Virus record (IMG/VR): IMGVR_UViG_3300027513_000011
Span: 1 to 64,000 of that record
DNA from: a virus
Taxonomy: Duplodnaviria > Heunggongvirae > Uroviricota > Caudoviricetes
DNA length: 64,000 bases
Reading direction: 5' to 3' (one strand)
Positions 8,622 to 17,437 of this stretch are shown piece after piece; position 1 is the stretch's first letter; each line of letters opens with the position of its first letter. A program made the position numbers and the translations under genes. Below the pieces are notes generated by a model. It was not told the DNA's origin. It saw only the letters and a list, made by a program, of their open reading frames with translations, and searched no databases.

Positions 8622-8848
8622 AGTTCCTCCACTATCTGCGTGTGTCCGGCATGGAACTCCTCAGCGACCTCCTGCATCCACGATCCGCTCTGCGTCCACT
8701 TGGATCCACAGGAGCAGAACACAACCGACTCGTCACCCCTGGTGGCATCAACCGCATCCTGCTCCTCGGCGCGAACCTCTAGGTAGTGCGCGTAGCAGAG
8801 GCCACGGTTGAGAACGGGTTTGTCGCAACTCTCTGCGGTGCAGCTCAT
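8618..8848 (-). CDS. hypothetical Cys-rich protein (76 aa)
   Basis: internal ATG (MSCTAESCDKP) with ATGA overlap to SPFH gene stop. Confidence 0.35.
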   Translation of the reverse strand: MSCTAESCDKPVLNRGLCYAHYLEVRAEEQDAVDATRGDESVVFCSCGSKWTQSGSWMQEVAEEFHAGHTQIVEEL

Positions 8849-9906
8849 CCCTGCCCATCCTCCTCTGACCCTATGCTGTAGGGATCGCTGTCCGGTTCTT
8901 CCTCGGGCATCACGGGTGGGTTCTCGTCCGGCAACTGCACGATCACGTCTAGCGGCTCCCCGTCGCCCAGCAGCGTAGAGGGCAGCCTGCCGTCCCACTG
9001 GGTCAACCGCATGTAAGTCAGAATGTCGATGGTCAGCGACTCCTGAATCAACCTGTTCGCTTCGGCCACACCTTGGCCCTCCAGGATCGCAGCCTGCCGT
9101 AGACCCTCAGCCTCTTTGATGGCCTGCTCGGCCTCGAACTGAGCCTGCTCGACCCGCCTCTTGGCCTCGGCCACGTTCTGCTCAGCGATAACCTTGTCCC
9201 TGACCGACTGCATGAACTCCTTGTCGAACACGGCGTCAGCGACGTTGGCGTAGTCCACGATGATGCCGTACTCGGCCAACTGGCCTGCCACCGCCTCAAC
9301 AATGGACACGGCGAGCTCGTCCCTGTTCTGCGGGAAGTCCTCGGCTGTCACCTGCCCGATCGCAGCCTTGGCGTGCTGGTCGATGGCGGGCTTGATGACC
9401 GTATCGCCGTAGTTCATGCCGACCTCTTGGTAGATCTCGGCTGCGCGCTTGGGGTCGATGTGGACGTTCACCGCGATGGGAACCACGATCTCCTGGAGGT
9501 CACTGCTTTGGGCGTAGAACTTGTCGTAGGTGTAGACCTGTGTGCGCACGTTTACGGGGGTGACGTGCTGGAGCCACGGGATAACGATGGACAGACCTTC
9601 GGGGCGCTCGTCGGGGGATACGCCACCGCTGAGGCTGTACACGACGCCGCGGTGACCCGCAGGGACGAAGGCGAGGGCCGGGGAGACGAGGAGCATGAAG
9701 GCGAGGGCGTAGAGGGCGATACGGAAAGACTGAGCGCCACTAGCCGGCCTCATGTACTCTGTCAGGGGCCGTTGTTCCCCATCCTCGATGACTGGCAGTG
9801 GCTTGTTGAACGCCCTGCGCCGCCTCATCCCCTGCAGGGTGAAAACGAGCGTGATGGCAAGCGGTACTAGCCAGATCGCAGGCCCCACTATGGTTTGGTA
9901 ATTCAT
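8845..9906 (-). CDS. SPFH/band-7 (prohibitin/HflK/C-like) membrane protein
   Basis: two N-terminal TM helices, SPFH-like core then long EA-rich coiled coil (AEQNVAEAKRRVEQAQFEAEQAIKEAE), acidic C-tail. Confidence 0.65.
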   Translation of the reverse strand: MNYQTIVGPAIWLVPLAITLVFTLQGMRRRRAFNKPLPVIEDGEQRPLTEYMRPASGAQSFRIALYALAFMLLVSPALAFVPAGHRGVVYSLSGGVSPDERPEGLSIVIPWLQHVTPVNVRTQVYTYDKFYAQSSDLQEIVVPIAVNVHIDPKRAAEIYQEVGMNYGDTVIKPAIDQHAKAAIGQVTAEDFPQNRDELAVSIVEAVAGQLAEYGIIVDYANVADAVFDKEFMQSVRDKVIAEQNVAEAKRRVEQAQFEAEQAIKEAEGLRQAAILEGQGVAEANRLIQESLTIDILTYMRLTQWDGRLPSTLLGDGEPLDVIVQLPDENPPVMPEEEPDSDPYSIGSEEDGQG

Positions 9907-9955
9907 CGTTCCTCGGTTTCCTTATTGTCGTAGAATTGGCTCGTGATCGGTGCAG

Positions 9956-10330
9956 TCACGGCGCCACGTTCCAGTCTTCCAACGGATCAGAGAAGCAGCG
10001 CCGACACGGGGCGAGCCCACCCCGGATTGCCTCACCAGCGGTGAGCGTGGAGTCTGCGTATCGCCCGCACCTTGTGACCTTGTGCGACCACCGGACGCCC
10101 TGATGGAACACACGCCCTTTACCCACACGGACAACACCAATATCCTCGTCTTCGTAGGTCATGGCAATGGACGGGAACACCGGCAATACTCCCAAACACT
10201 GGGAGTCCGGCGAGTGACCCAGGCGTGGCCAAACATCAAGCACATCGGACGCTTCAACCACGGCATCATGGAGTTCTTTCTCATCGTTCCTGCTCTCCGT
10301 CCTCTCGCTCGATCGTATCTCTCTCCCCAA
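9956..10330 (-). CDS. hypothetical protein (start uncertain)
   Basis: ORF track; overlaps next gene by 50 nt, real start may be internal ATG near 10162. Confidence 0.3.
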   Translation of the reverse strand: MGREIRSSERTESRNDEKELHDAVVEASDVLDVWPRLGHSPDSQCLGVLPVFPSIAMTYEDEDIGVVRVGKGRVFHQGVRWSHKVTRCGRYADSTLTAGEAIRGGLAPCRRCFSDPLEDWNVAP

Positions 10331-10784
10331 CTCTATCGTCAGGCGGCTGTCGGGTCAATGACTTGTCGCCAGGGTAAGGAAAAGTCTCGTTCCAGTCTGT
10401 CGTGAACCCGCCGTCGTACAGCGGCCAGATCTTGTTGTTCGCCACGATGCTGCGGCACTCCTCCACCGTCATTCCCATCCCCTCGCTGATGGCGGCGCAG
10501 AACCCGGTGATAGCGGATTCGATATCAAGCTCGGGGTCATGGGAGGCTGCGTTCTCAGCCCGACACGATGCTGCCATGCCGGGGTTGCGGGTGCGTTGGC
10601 CGGTCGAGGTCACCACCACCCCGGCGCAGTAGCCCTCAAGGTCGGATTCGGCTAGTCGCCAGCGATTGGCGTCGAAAGGCGGAATGTGGCCCTGGGGTTG
10701 GAACAGGTAGGCGAAGGCGGCGAGCACCGCGAGGCCGGAGATGATGACGAAGAAGTGGGTTCGGTAGCGCCTAAACCACTTCAT
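10281..10784 (-). CDS. membrane-anchored hypothetical protein (167 aa, N-terminal TM)
   Basis: TM helix FFVIISGLAVLAAFAYLF; acidic C-terminus. Confidence 0.45.
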   Translation of the reverse strand: MKWFRRYRTHFFVIISGLAVLAAFAYLFQPQGHIPPFDANRWRLAESDLEGYCAGVVVTSTGQRTRNPGMAASCRAENAASHDPELDIESAITGFCAAISEGMGMTVEECRSIVANNKIWPLYDGGFTTDWNETFPYPGDKSLTRQPPDDRVGERDTIEREDGEQER

Positions 10785-11007
10785 CGAAGATCACCTTATC
10801 TGGTCTGTAGCCCCTTACTCTGTCTATCAAGACCCACCTACATTGAACGGGAATACGATGAGTTGGCCCATCTGAGTAAACATCTATCGACAGTAACACC
10901 TTGTCTGGGTGGGGATTGAGGCTGGTACAAGGTTCACCGATGCCGGGAACATTGTAGTACCAAAAGTATTTCTTCTGTCGGGCGCACACCCATTCATACT
11001 CGGTCAT
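10771..11007 (-). CDS. hypothetical protein (78 aa)
   Basis: ORF track; coupled to FtsH-like gene. Confidence 0.35.
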   Translation of the reverse strand: MTEYEWVCARQKKYFWYYNVPGIGEPCTSLNPHPDKVLLSIDVYSDGPTHRIPVQCRWVLIDRVRGYRPDKVIFDEVV

Positions 11008-13028
11008 GCGCTCAGCACTCCATCCATCTCGTCAAGCAGCTCGTGGATCTCCGTGCCCCTGACCTCGCCCTTGTCCGCGATGAGCCTAGCCACTGCCTCG
11101 ACCTGTGGCACCTTGCTCGTCAACAGAAGCCCCACCTTTTCCAACGCCTCCTCAAGTATCGCCTCGGTCGCCAGCCCTAGCGCAACCTCGTCCTTGTCGT
11201 AACTACCGATCTGTCCACCATGACCGAGGGTGACCATGTGCATTGCCCTCTTTGTTGCTGCCGGGCCGTCTCCGCCGTGACCGTTGGACGCCTGGCCCAG
11301 AATCAACTTCTCGGCCACGCGGGAAGCCAACGAGATCTGCACGTCAGCCAACAGATCCTCCCTGGTCAGCAGCCAGTCATCCCATTTCGAGGTCGGGGCC
11401 ACGAAACCACCCTTGCTCCCTCGTGGCAGAATACTCGCCGTCCAGATGTCCTGGCGGTGTCTGTTCAGGTAGTGGAAGGCAACGGCGTGTCCGGCCTCAT
11501 GCACGGACACGCCCCACACGGCCTCCTGGCGTTCCCACATGTCGCCCGGCTCCCCGAACTTGATGATTGACATGGCCTTGGTCACATCGTCAAAGGTCAC
11601 CACACCCGGCGTGTCCCGACCATCCCTGAACGTCAGCAGCACGGCCTCGTTCACCACGTCCTTGATGGAGGCGCCGGAACCCTGATGGTCGTGGCGAGCG
11701 ATCCAGGCGATGTTGTCCTCGGTGAGTGTGTGGCTGGCGATCTTCCCCAGATACCCCTCATAGGTCCGCTGCCGGCCGTCAGCCCTCGGGTAGTCCACCT
11801 GCACCTTGCGTCCGAACCGCCCAGCCCTGAGCAGCGCCGGGTCCAGCACTTCCAGCCTGTTCGTGGCGCCCAGCATCATGTAGCGGTAATGCGGTGGCGG
11901 GATCGGCTTGAACCCGAGCATCTTCAGCATCTTGTTCAGGAAGCCGCGAGGTTCCTCCATGCCGTCCATCGCGGCAAGGAAGGTGGTGAGCGCCTGGGAG
12001 GACTGGTTGGAGATGAAGATGGGGGCGGGCTCGTCGGGGTCGTAGGGGACACAGCCCTCATAAACCGGAGTTGAGGTAGCGGAGCCGTTGATAAAGCGTT
12101 GGTACGATTCCTTTACCGCCGAGAAGTTCATGCCCAACCTGTCCAGCGTCTCCCCTATCACCCCGCCGCGGCTCCCCATGACATCAATCTCGTCGTAGAA
12201 CACGATGACGCCACCATGTCTACGAGCTTGTTTACGGATCTCCCTGAACAGCATGAAGATCTTGAGCTCGGCTATCCCCATGAAGGTCGAGGCTGTGGCT
12301 CCCGGTGGGTACAGGATCAGAGGCTTGGAGCTCGCGTTGGCCGCAGCCTTAGCTAGATAGGTCTTACCGACTCCGGGCGGGCCATACAGAATGACACCCT
12401 TCGGTAGATACCCACCAGCCTCCTCTACCGCTGTGGCATCGTTAAGTATCCTTACCTGCTCCATGATCGCCTCACGGGCCTTGTCTTGCCCCCACACATC
12501 GTCAAATGTCGTCTGGATGGTGCCGGGCTGGATCACCTTGTACGTTCCCATCCTCACCATCGAGTAGAAGAAGAACACCATGTTGAGCATCGAGAACATG
12601 ACGCTGATGGCGATGGCGATGAAGGTGGGGACGTTCTCGTAGGCGATGGGGATGGTGCGGATCACGCAACTGACAGCTCCCTCGCACTTGTCGGTCAGTG
12701 TGGAGAGGATCGACCCGTAGATGTAGAGGAACACGAACCATGTGAAGAGGCGCTGGAGCCGGATCCAAGCCTCGGGGGGCACGCGCTTCTTGTACCTGCC
12801 CAGGTACTCGGCTGCCCCCTCGTGCCACTTCGCCACGGTGCTGCTGGTGACCAGCAGTGTCTCGTAGACGGACCTCGCCACGAAGAAGGCGAAGGTGAGG
12901 ACAAGGAAGCGTGCCAAGAGGGAGGTCTGGGCCGGCATCGGGTCGGCCCACTCGTTCGCCACCAGCCATAGGGCGATGACCGCCGGTACCTTCAGCTTCT
13001 CGACCAGCGGTTTCTCAACCCGCTTCAC
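11004..13028 (-). CDS. FtsH-like ATP-dependent zinc metalloprotease (AAA+ plus M41 peptidase, 2 TM)
   Basis: Walker A GPPGVGKT, Walker B VIVFYDEID, SRH ATNRLEVLDPALLRAGRFGR, zinc site HEAGHAV, two N-terminal TM helices; start set to GTG ~13028 with GGAAGGG RBS (ORF track extends to 13229). Confidence 0.75.
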   Translation of the reverse strand: MKRVEKPLVEKLKVPAVIALWLVANEWADPMPAQTSLLARFLVLTFAFFVARSVYETLLVTSSTVAKWHEGAAEYLGRYKKRVPPEAWIRLQRLFTWFVFLYIYGSILSTLTDKCEGAVSCVIRTIPIAYENVPTFIAIAISVMFSMLNMVFFFYSMVRMGTYKVIQPGTIQTTFDDVWGQDKAREAIMEQVRILNDATAVEEAGGYLPKGVILYGPPGVGKTYLAKAAANASSKPLILYPPGATASTFMGIAELKIFMLFREIRKQARRHGGVIVFYDEIDVMGSRGGVIGETLDRLGMNFSAVKESYQRFINGSATSTPVYEGCVPYDPDEPAPIFISNQSSQALTTFLAAMDGMEEPRGFLNKMLKMLGFKPIPPPHYRYMMLGATNRLEVLDPALLRAGRFGRKVQVDYPRADGRQRTYEGYLGKIASHTLTEDNIAWIARHDHQGSGASIKDVVNEAVLLTFRDGRDTPGVVTFDDVTKAMSIIKFGEPGDMWERQEAVWGVSVHEAGHAVAFHYLNRHRQDIWTASILPRGSKGGFVAPTSKWDDWLLTREDLLADVQISLASRVAEKLILGQASNGHGGDGPAATKRAMHMVTLGHGGQIGSYDKDEVALGLATEAILEEALEKVGLLLTSKVPQVEAVARLIADKGEVRGTEIHELLDEMDGVLSA

Positions 13029-13082
13029 GATAGTTGTCGCCCTTCCTGTCGTACCCTCCACTGTAACACACCCTAGAGGGTC

Positions 13083-13112
13083 TTGACAACCCACCATTCC
13101 GTGCTGTAAGTT
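13083..13112 (+). promoter_or_regulatory. sigma-70-like promoter TTGACA-N18-TAAGTT; start codon at predicted TSS (leaderless)
   Basis: hexamers read directly; GTG of 13119 gene ~7 nt after -10; divergent intergenic region. Confidence 0.4.
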
Positions 13113-13118
13113 GGATGG

Positions 13119-13409
13119 GTGCAGGAGAACGCGAAAGCCGCCCTTCCTACCCCCGCTGACCTTCTCAGGGCTATCCACGCGGACGGGAACAGGAAGGAGT
13201 GCGCGTTCGTCGCTTGGGCGCGCGATCACGATGACGAGTACCTAGCCCCACTGCGCGAAATCATCTTCGGTGACTCGGTGTCATGGATGAGGGCTGCCGA
13301 ACTGATACAATCACTGGGCATTGACCGCAGCCACACCACCATCGGCAACCATCGGCGCCGGAAGTGTAAGCAGTGCAATGAGTTCTTCCAGCTAGAGGCA
13401 GGCACATGA
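13119..13409 (+). CDS. hypothetical protein, possible HTH DNA-binding (96 aa)
   Basis: first gene of rightward operon; ATGA-coupled to next. Confidence 0.45.
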   Translation: MQENAKAALPTPADLLRAIHADGNRKECAFVAWARDHDDEYLAPLREIIFGDSVSWMRAAELIQSLGIDRSHTTIGNHRRRKCKQCNEFFQLEAGT

Positions 13410-13843
13410 CAACTTTCAGTGATCCGGCCTACACTGTCTTGGACGAGAACGATACCTCAGGGATTGAGGCCCTGCTGCTGGGTCGGCGTATCGTCGCTGC
13501 CGAGAAAGGTGAGTACGCTCGACCTGACACCACTTGGGGTTGTGATGCCACCGGCCGACTGACCCTAGACAATGGAACTCATGTCCTTGTTGCCCCCAAC
13601 CAGGGCGACTGTGCCTGTTCCGCTGGCGACTACTACCTGACCGAACTTGCAGGGGTGGACAACATCATCACGTCGGTCAGGGTGGTCACTGACGAGAGTC
13701 AAGGGGAGTGGCAGTCTGCGACTGTCTATCGGATCTATGTTGTGGCCGATAGCGTCGAGATCAATGCCATGACGATCGAAGGCGACGATGGGAATGGGTA
13801 CTACGGCACCGGATACGAGTTGATAGTGCTGCCCCCAGCATGA
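13406..13843 (+). CDS. hypothetical protein (145 aa)
   Basis: ORF track; ATGA coupling both sides. Confidence 0.45.
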   Translation: MTTFSDPAYTVLDENDTSGIEALLLGRRIVAAEKGEYARPDTTWGCDATGRLTLDNGTHVLVAPNQGDCACSAGDYYLTELAGVDNIITSVRVVTDESQGEWQSATVYRIYVVADSVEINAMTIEGDDGNGYYGTGYELIVLPPA

Positions 13844-15063
13844 CCAAGCCCACGCCCGACCAGCTCCGTGCCAACCTCGATGAAGCTGCCGACAACAAGG
13901 GCCTCCCCGCCGCCCCCACTCGTGGCCGGCGCAAGCACCCGGAAGGCTGGGAGCCCGGCGTGGTGTGGAACGGGACCGAAGGCAACCTCACTGTCCGAAC
14001 CACCACCCGTGACCCCCAATGGGATGACCTTCTCAACGAGTGGGGGTTCCCTGCCGACAAGTTCGAGGTCATCGAGCCTGTCCAGTTCCGTACCTGGGAC
14101 ATGAATATGGGTGAAGCCGGGGTCGAGCGAGCTGTCTACTACAAGGCCGTCATACGTTCCCGTGCCGACAGTCGCCAAGATCTCGAAGTGCTCATTAACG
14201 ATATCAAACGATACAAGAAGCTCAAGAAGGAACCCCTTGCCGGTGACGCCTCCCTCATAGCCACCTGGGCTGACTGGCAGATGGGGGCCGACGACTACGG
14301 GGGACCGGAAGCCACCAAGACCCGGTTCCTCGACTCGATCGGCAAGGTTCAGGACAGGTACCGCGATCTCCGTAAATCTGGCGTGCCCCTCGGTCAACTC
14401 ATAGTTCCTAGCCTGGGGGACTTGGGCGAGGGGTGCGCCGGTTTCTATCCCCAGCAGACCTATAGGGTAACGTTAAACAACAGGGAACAACGTCGCCTGG
14501 TCCGCTCGATGGCCCTCACCGCCCTCCGCGAGTGGTCGAACCTCGCTCCCCGCATCATCGTGCCTGTGGTCGGCGGCAACCACGGCGAGGAGCGCAACGA
14601 AACCAACAACTCCTTCACCGACTTCTCGGACAACAAGGACGTGGCGATGATCGAGGATGCCGCCCTCGTCCTGGCCGAGAATCCTGACCGCTTCGGTCAC
14701 ATCTCGTTCATCCTCCCCAACCACGAGCTCGAAGTAACCATCGACGCCCACGGCCAGATCCTCGGGTTCGTCCACGGGCACCAGATCCAGAAGGCCACCG
14801 GGGCCAGTGTCCACATGAAGGCTGAGAACTGGTGGAAGGATCAGATGAAGGCCCGTAGACCCATCGGGGAGGCCGATATCCTTTTCGGGGGCCACTTCCA
14901 CCAGTTCTTCATGCGGTCGGTGGGGCCGCGCACCTACGTCGGCTCGCCGGCCCTGCACGGCGGATCCCAGTGGTGGGAGTCTGTGAAAGGTGGTGGCGAT
15001 GCTCCTGGTCAACTCACTCTGGTTGTTGACTCCGAGGGCTGGTCTAACCTCACAGTCCTGTGA
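13840..15063 (+). CDS. calcineurin-like metallophosphoesterase (Mre11/SbcD-like motifs)
   Basis: GDLGEG, GGNHGE, GFVHGH, GGHFHQ motifs in canonical order. Confidence 0.55.
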   Translation: MTKPTPDQLRANLDEAADNKGLPAAPTRGRRKHPEGWEPGVVWNGTEGNLTVRTTTRDPQWDDLLNEWGFPADKFEVIEPVQFRTWDMNMGEAGVERAVYYKAVIRSRADSRQDLEVLINDIKRYKKLKKEPLAGDASLIATWADWQMGADDYGGPEATKTRFLDSIGKVQDRYRDLRKSGVPLGQLIVPSLGDLGEGCAGFYPQQTYRVTLNNREQRRLVRSMALTALREWSNLAPRIIVPVVGGNHGEERNETNNSFTDFSDNKDVAMIEDAALVLAENPDRFGHISFILPNHELEVTIDAHGQILGFVHGHQIQKATGASVHMKAENWWKDQMKARRPIGEADILFGGHFHQFFMRSVGPRTYVGSPALHGGSQWWESVKGGGDAPGQLTLVVDSEGWSNLTVL

Positions 15064-15332
15064 CTGCCCCCTACGAACCCGACGCTGATATCGGGGAAAC
15101 GCTTGCCCTCCTCCATCTCAACGAGAACGGCAAAACCAAGCACGCGTTCTGGCGGGTGCTGGAGCGCCCCAAGAATCTCCGGTGGCGCGGCCTGTTCAAG
15201 TCTGGTACAATAGTCACCACGAGATCAGATACCTTCGAGTACGACGAGGCAGGCAACTTCGACCACGAGGGCCTAGCGGAGTATCTGGACGCTGATAGAG
15301 CACTGTTCGTGATCGAGGGAGGGAGAGAGTGA
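15060..15332 (+). CDS. hypothetical protein (90 aa)
   Basis: ORF track; coupled. Confidence 0.4.
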   Translation: MTAPYEPDADIGETLALLHLNENGKTKHAFWRVLERPKNLRWRGLFKSGTIVTTRSDTFEYDEAGNFDHEGLAEYLDADRALFVIEGGRE

Positions 15333-15541
15333 TGGATAGAGACGAGCTAATGGACGGGATCACTGTCCATGTTCTGCCAGACGACGAGTTCATTGGTGAT
15401 GCTCCGCTATTGGTGTTGGTAGCCGACACGAACGGGATCACACTTGCTCGGGGGACAAATGCCCGCTGGTCTGTGAAGATGACCAACGATGCCAATGGAC
15501 CCATGCTCGTCATCAACATCGAAGCTGAGGCGACCCTGTGA
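15329..15541 (+). CDS. hypothetical protein (70 aa)
   Basis: ORF track; coupled. Confidence 0.4.
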   Translation: MMDRDELMDGITVHVLPDDEFIGDAPLLVLVADTNGITLARGTNARWSVKMTNDANGPMLVINIEAEATL

Positions 15542-15993
15542 AGTACGACAGCAAACCAGAGACAGAGGCCCACGCTTGGCGGGTGTTCGATCTGATGGCC
15601 GTAATACTCGAAGAGCTTGGCGAGCGGGCGCGATGGCACGACATGTCCAAGACCGAGCCTCCCGAGTTGGCGATCTTTGACGAGTTCACCCCGAAGCTCA
15701 AGGGCACCACCTACGGCTCCGACGAGTACAAGAGTTACCTGGCGGCGATGGGTGAAGGGCTCGCCCACCACTACGCCCACAACCGCCACCACCCCGAGCA
15801 CTTCCCCAATGGGATCAACGACATGACCCTGATGGACTTGGTAGAGATGTTGGCCGATTGGAAAGCGGCTACCGAACGTCACGAGGATGGGTCATTGCTT
15901 CGCAGTCTCGATATCCAGGCAGAACGGTTCGGCATTAGTCAACAACTGGCTGGCATCCTGCACAACACCGCTATTCACTTAGAATGGATCTGA
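15538..15993 (+). CDS. putative HD-domain phosphohydrolase-like protein
   Basis: RWHDMSK (H-D) and HHYAHNRHHPEH His cluster; weak assignment. Confidence 0.4.
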   Translation: MKYDSKPETEAHAWRVFDLMAVILEELGERARWHDMSKTEPPELAIFDEFTPKLKGTTYGSDEYKSYLAAMGEGLAHHYAHNRHHPEHFPNGINDMTLMDLVEMLADWKAATERHEDGSLLRSLDIQAERFGISQQLAGILHNTAIHLEWI

Positions 15994-15996
15994 TCT

Positions 15997-16503
15997 GTGA
16001 AGTTCCGATCCAGCCACGAAGTCGTCCTCACTGCCTTCAACGAGCTCAACGCTTCCTTCCGTGCCTGGATCGAGGGTCCGATCCACGCCTTCCAGGACGA
16101 GATCTCCGAGGCCCACGGCTCCCCCCTCCTGGTCACCGACGTTCGCCAGTACGAGGACGGGCTGGACACCATTCGCATCATCGGGACACCTGACGATCCC
16201 GGCGACGACAAGGCTTGGCGGCTCGGCCACAAGCTCGACTCCCCGGTCATGGCGGATTACAAGATCTGGGTGCCGAACAAGGGGAACCGCGTGGGCCGAA
16301 CCTTGGAACGCAAGATGTCGGGTTTGTACTGGCGGGTGCCGGTGATCCCAGGAATGCCGGAACGCTGGGTTGACCCTGTTGAGATGAAGATGTACCGACC
16401 CACCTACCAGGAGGGTGAGGACGAGGTTGTGGCCGTGTGGGGAGATGGAGTGGTAGGCATGATCGTGAACGAGGTTTACTGGGATGCCGAGGAGGATGAA
16501 TGA
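15997..16503 (+). CDS. hypothetical protein (168 aa)
   Basis: ORF track. Confidence 0.45.
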   Translation: MKFRSSHEVVLTAFNELNASFRAWIEGPIHAFQDEISEAHGSPLLVTDVRQYEDGLDTIRIIGTPDDPGDDKAWRLGHKLDSPVMADYKIWVPNKGNRVGRTLERKMSGLYWRVPVIPGMPERWVDPVEMKMYRPTYQEGEDEVVAVWGDGVVGMIVNEVYWDAEEDE

Positions 16504-16799
16504 AAAACGTTATACCTGATGATGGCTACGACTGGGAATGGGGCACGTTGGAGTTCCCGATCCTGCGAGCCATCGGGGTACGAGATGAGGGCGTGTCGGC
16601 TACCCTTGCTGCTGTCCGGGCTGTGCCGGCAGCCTCTACCTATGTCATTTACCGGAGTATTCGTCGCCTCATTGATGCCGGATACATTGATGGTGACTAC
16701 TTCCCAGACACCAAGTACGGTGACGAAAATCCATCGTACATGTTTGGCATCATCCGTGACTTGACCACCTTGGGCTTGCAGGTGGCGAAGATCTGGTGA
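16500..16799 (+). CDS. hypothetical protein, possible winged-helix (99 aa)
   Basis: ORF track; ATGA coupling. Confidence 0.4.
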   Translation: MKNVIPDDGYDWEWGTLEFPILRAIGVRDEGVSATLAAVRAVPAASTYVIYRSIRRLIDAGYIDGDYFPDTKYGDENPSYMFGIIRDLTTLGLQVAKIW

Positions 16800-17074
16800 A
16801 TCCCTTTGACCTTCTCGTGAAACGTGGCACCCGCGGCTGGATCATCCTCGCCGCCTACGTTGTGGTCTGGGACAACCTCGCCCACGCCCGCAAAGGCCAA
16901 ACCCTGTCCGACGCCTTTTGGTGTGGACTCACGTCGGTCAAGCTCTGGCGCCGGCTCCTCGTGTTCGGGTGCTGGGCCGTGGTGACCTCGCATCTGCTGT
17001 TCAGGACGCCGCTGCCTGTGATCCTGCCGCGCATGTTCCCCGAGCTGAAGGAACTGGTCAATGAGGGTGCGTGA
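16796..17074 (+). CDS. membrane protein (92 aa, 2 TM)
   Basis: hydrophobic segments WIILAAYVVVW and LLVFGCWAVVTSHLLF. Confidence 0.4.
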   Translation: MNPFDLLVKRGTRGWIILAAYVVVWDNLAHARKGQTLSDAFWCGLTSVKLWRRLLVFGCWAVVTSHLLFRTPLPVILPRMFPELKELVNEGA

Positions 17075-17101
17075 CGGTTACGACCTTGTTTATATCTGGT
17101 C

Positions 17102-17437
17102 TTGTTGTATGGCGAGTTACGAGATCGCTTGCCTTCCGCATGCTCCCCATCGTTTCAACCACTTCAAGGGCGAACTGGCTACCTGTTATTGGCGGTTGCG
17201 CCAGACAGCGTGGGACGAAAATTGAGCACTCCCGACTACCACTTCGATCTCAAGTACCTCGACTACGGGTTCAAGTGGGGGCCAGCCGAGATCACCCGCA
17301 TGATCTCCCATCCCCGTCATGGAGTGCTCATCGGGCTTGAAACCGACTCCCACCAAGTTCAGATCTCCGTGTCACCAGGAGGTCGGTCTATTCGCTTCTG
17401 GGTCGATGGGGTGCCTTACGTCAAGCTGGGAACATGA
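17102..17437 (+). CDS. hypothetical protein (start uncertain; possible TTG ~17224)
   Basis: ORF track; 12-nt identity TGAGCACTCCCG shared with start of next gene at 17434. Confidence 0.3.
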   Translation: MLYGELRDRLPSACSPSFQPLQGRTGYLLLAVAPDSVGRKLSTPDYHFDLKYLDYGFKWGPAEITRMISHPRHGVLIGLETDSHQVQISVSPGGRSIRFWVDGVPYVKLGT

